A stretch of DNA of 64,000 bases. Origin: Mobula birostris (lineage: Eukaryota). Position numbers and translations under genes: made by a program. This document shows, piece after piece, positions 63,583 through 64,000 of the stretch (its first letter is position 1; each line of letters starts with the position of its first letter). The notes beneath the pieces are model-generated. The model had not been told where the DNA came from, searched no databases, and was given only the letters and a program-made list of their open reading frames with translations. The DNA lies in contig NC_092375.1 in assembly GCF_030028105.1 (NCBI RefSeq), positions 44,181,130 through 44,245,129 on the forward strand, in the 5' to 3' direction.

Positions 63583-63769
63583 ATAGTAAGTATATTCAGT
63601 GGAACAATAGCAATAAGCTTTCACTGAAAATAAACTTCCCAACATTACAGAATAATGGACTTAAATAGTAGAGAGGGAATGACATGCAGAAGGAGGTTGA
63701 AGGGCTCGCAGGACCTAGAAGTGAACAGGAAACACGTGGAGCAATAAGCCCATCAAGAAGGGTGTATGA

Positions 63770-63975
63770 GGGCCGGCTGGTGGCGCAATGACATCGGCGT
63801 CAGACCCAAGAGCAGAGGTTTCCGGGTTCAAAACCAGTCGGGCCTGCTCCCGAGTATGCTTTCCATCCGTGCCGGGTTGAGTGTCGAGATCGCAACTCGA
63901 CCTCGTAAAGATAAAGGGAAAATACTGCGAAATGGCTGTGTGAGGAGTGGCGCGCCACACGGTCTCGCACTCTCT
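63770..63975 (+). mobile_element. tRNA-derived SINE
   Basis: A box TGGCGCAATG (63781-63790) and B box GGTTCAAAACC (63825-63835), followed by a non-tRNA body. Confidence 0.65.
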
Positions 63976-64000
63976 CTCGCTCTATGCCTTGTAAAAAGCC

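Noticed and set aside
63770-63845. tRNA gene
   Set aside because: A and B boxes are present, but there is no cloverleaf and it continues into a SINE body.

Overview
AT-rich, repeat-dense vertebrate DNA. The CR1/Rex1/Penelope/L1/Tigger repeat spectrum and gene content point to a cartilaginous fish, probably a ray (inference). Manual splice-site and phase reconstruction finds three spliced genes, all on the minus strand; the ORF track shows them only in fragments. (1) The last four coding exons of TRIM45 (57224->49083): filamin repeat plus the C-terminal FHCCTFCSSGG...HPHWSCCG...RTVAL*. Its 5' exons lie beyond the window, and a complete Gmr1-type Gypsy LTR element sits in the intron. (2) A four-exon, non-rearranging VJ-type Ig receptor resembling NKp30/NCR3 (40043->29923): leader, VJ domain, 30-nt stalk micro-exon, and a transmembrane exon with an intramembrane Arg and almost no tail. 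(3) A B7-family V+C gene most like VTCN1/B7-H4 (signal 7114, V 4639, C 1011; TM exon beyond position 1), with a CpG-rich promoter region and IRF-type sites near 21 kb. Its V domain lacks the canonical F-strand Cys. The main result is an NKp30-like activating receptor lying directly next to a B7-family gene in the TRIM45/VTCN1 synteny block. The rest is mostly decayed transposons, including Penelope-derived hairpins with hammerhead-ribozyme cores and a retroviral integrase fragment. No rRNA, tRNA or CRISPR was seen. All homology calls come from motif recognition, not database searches.
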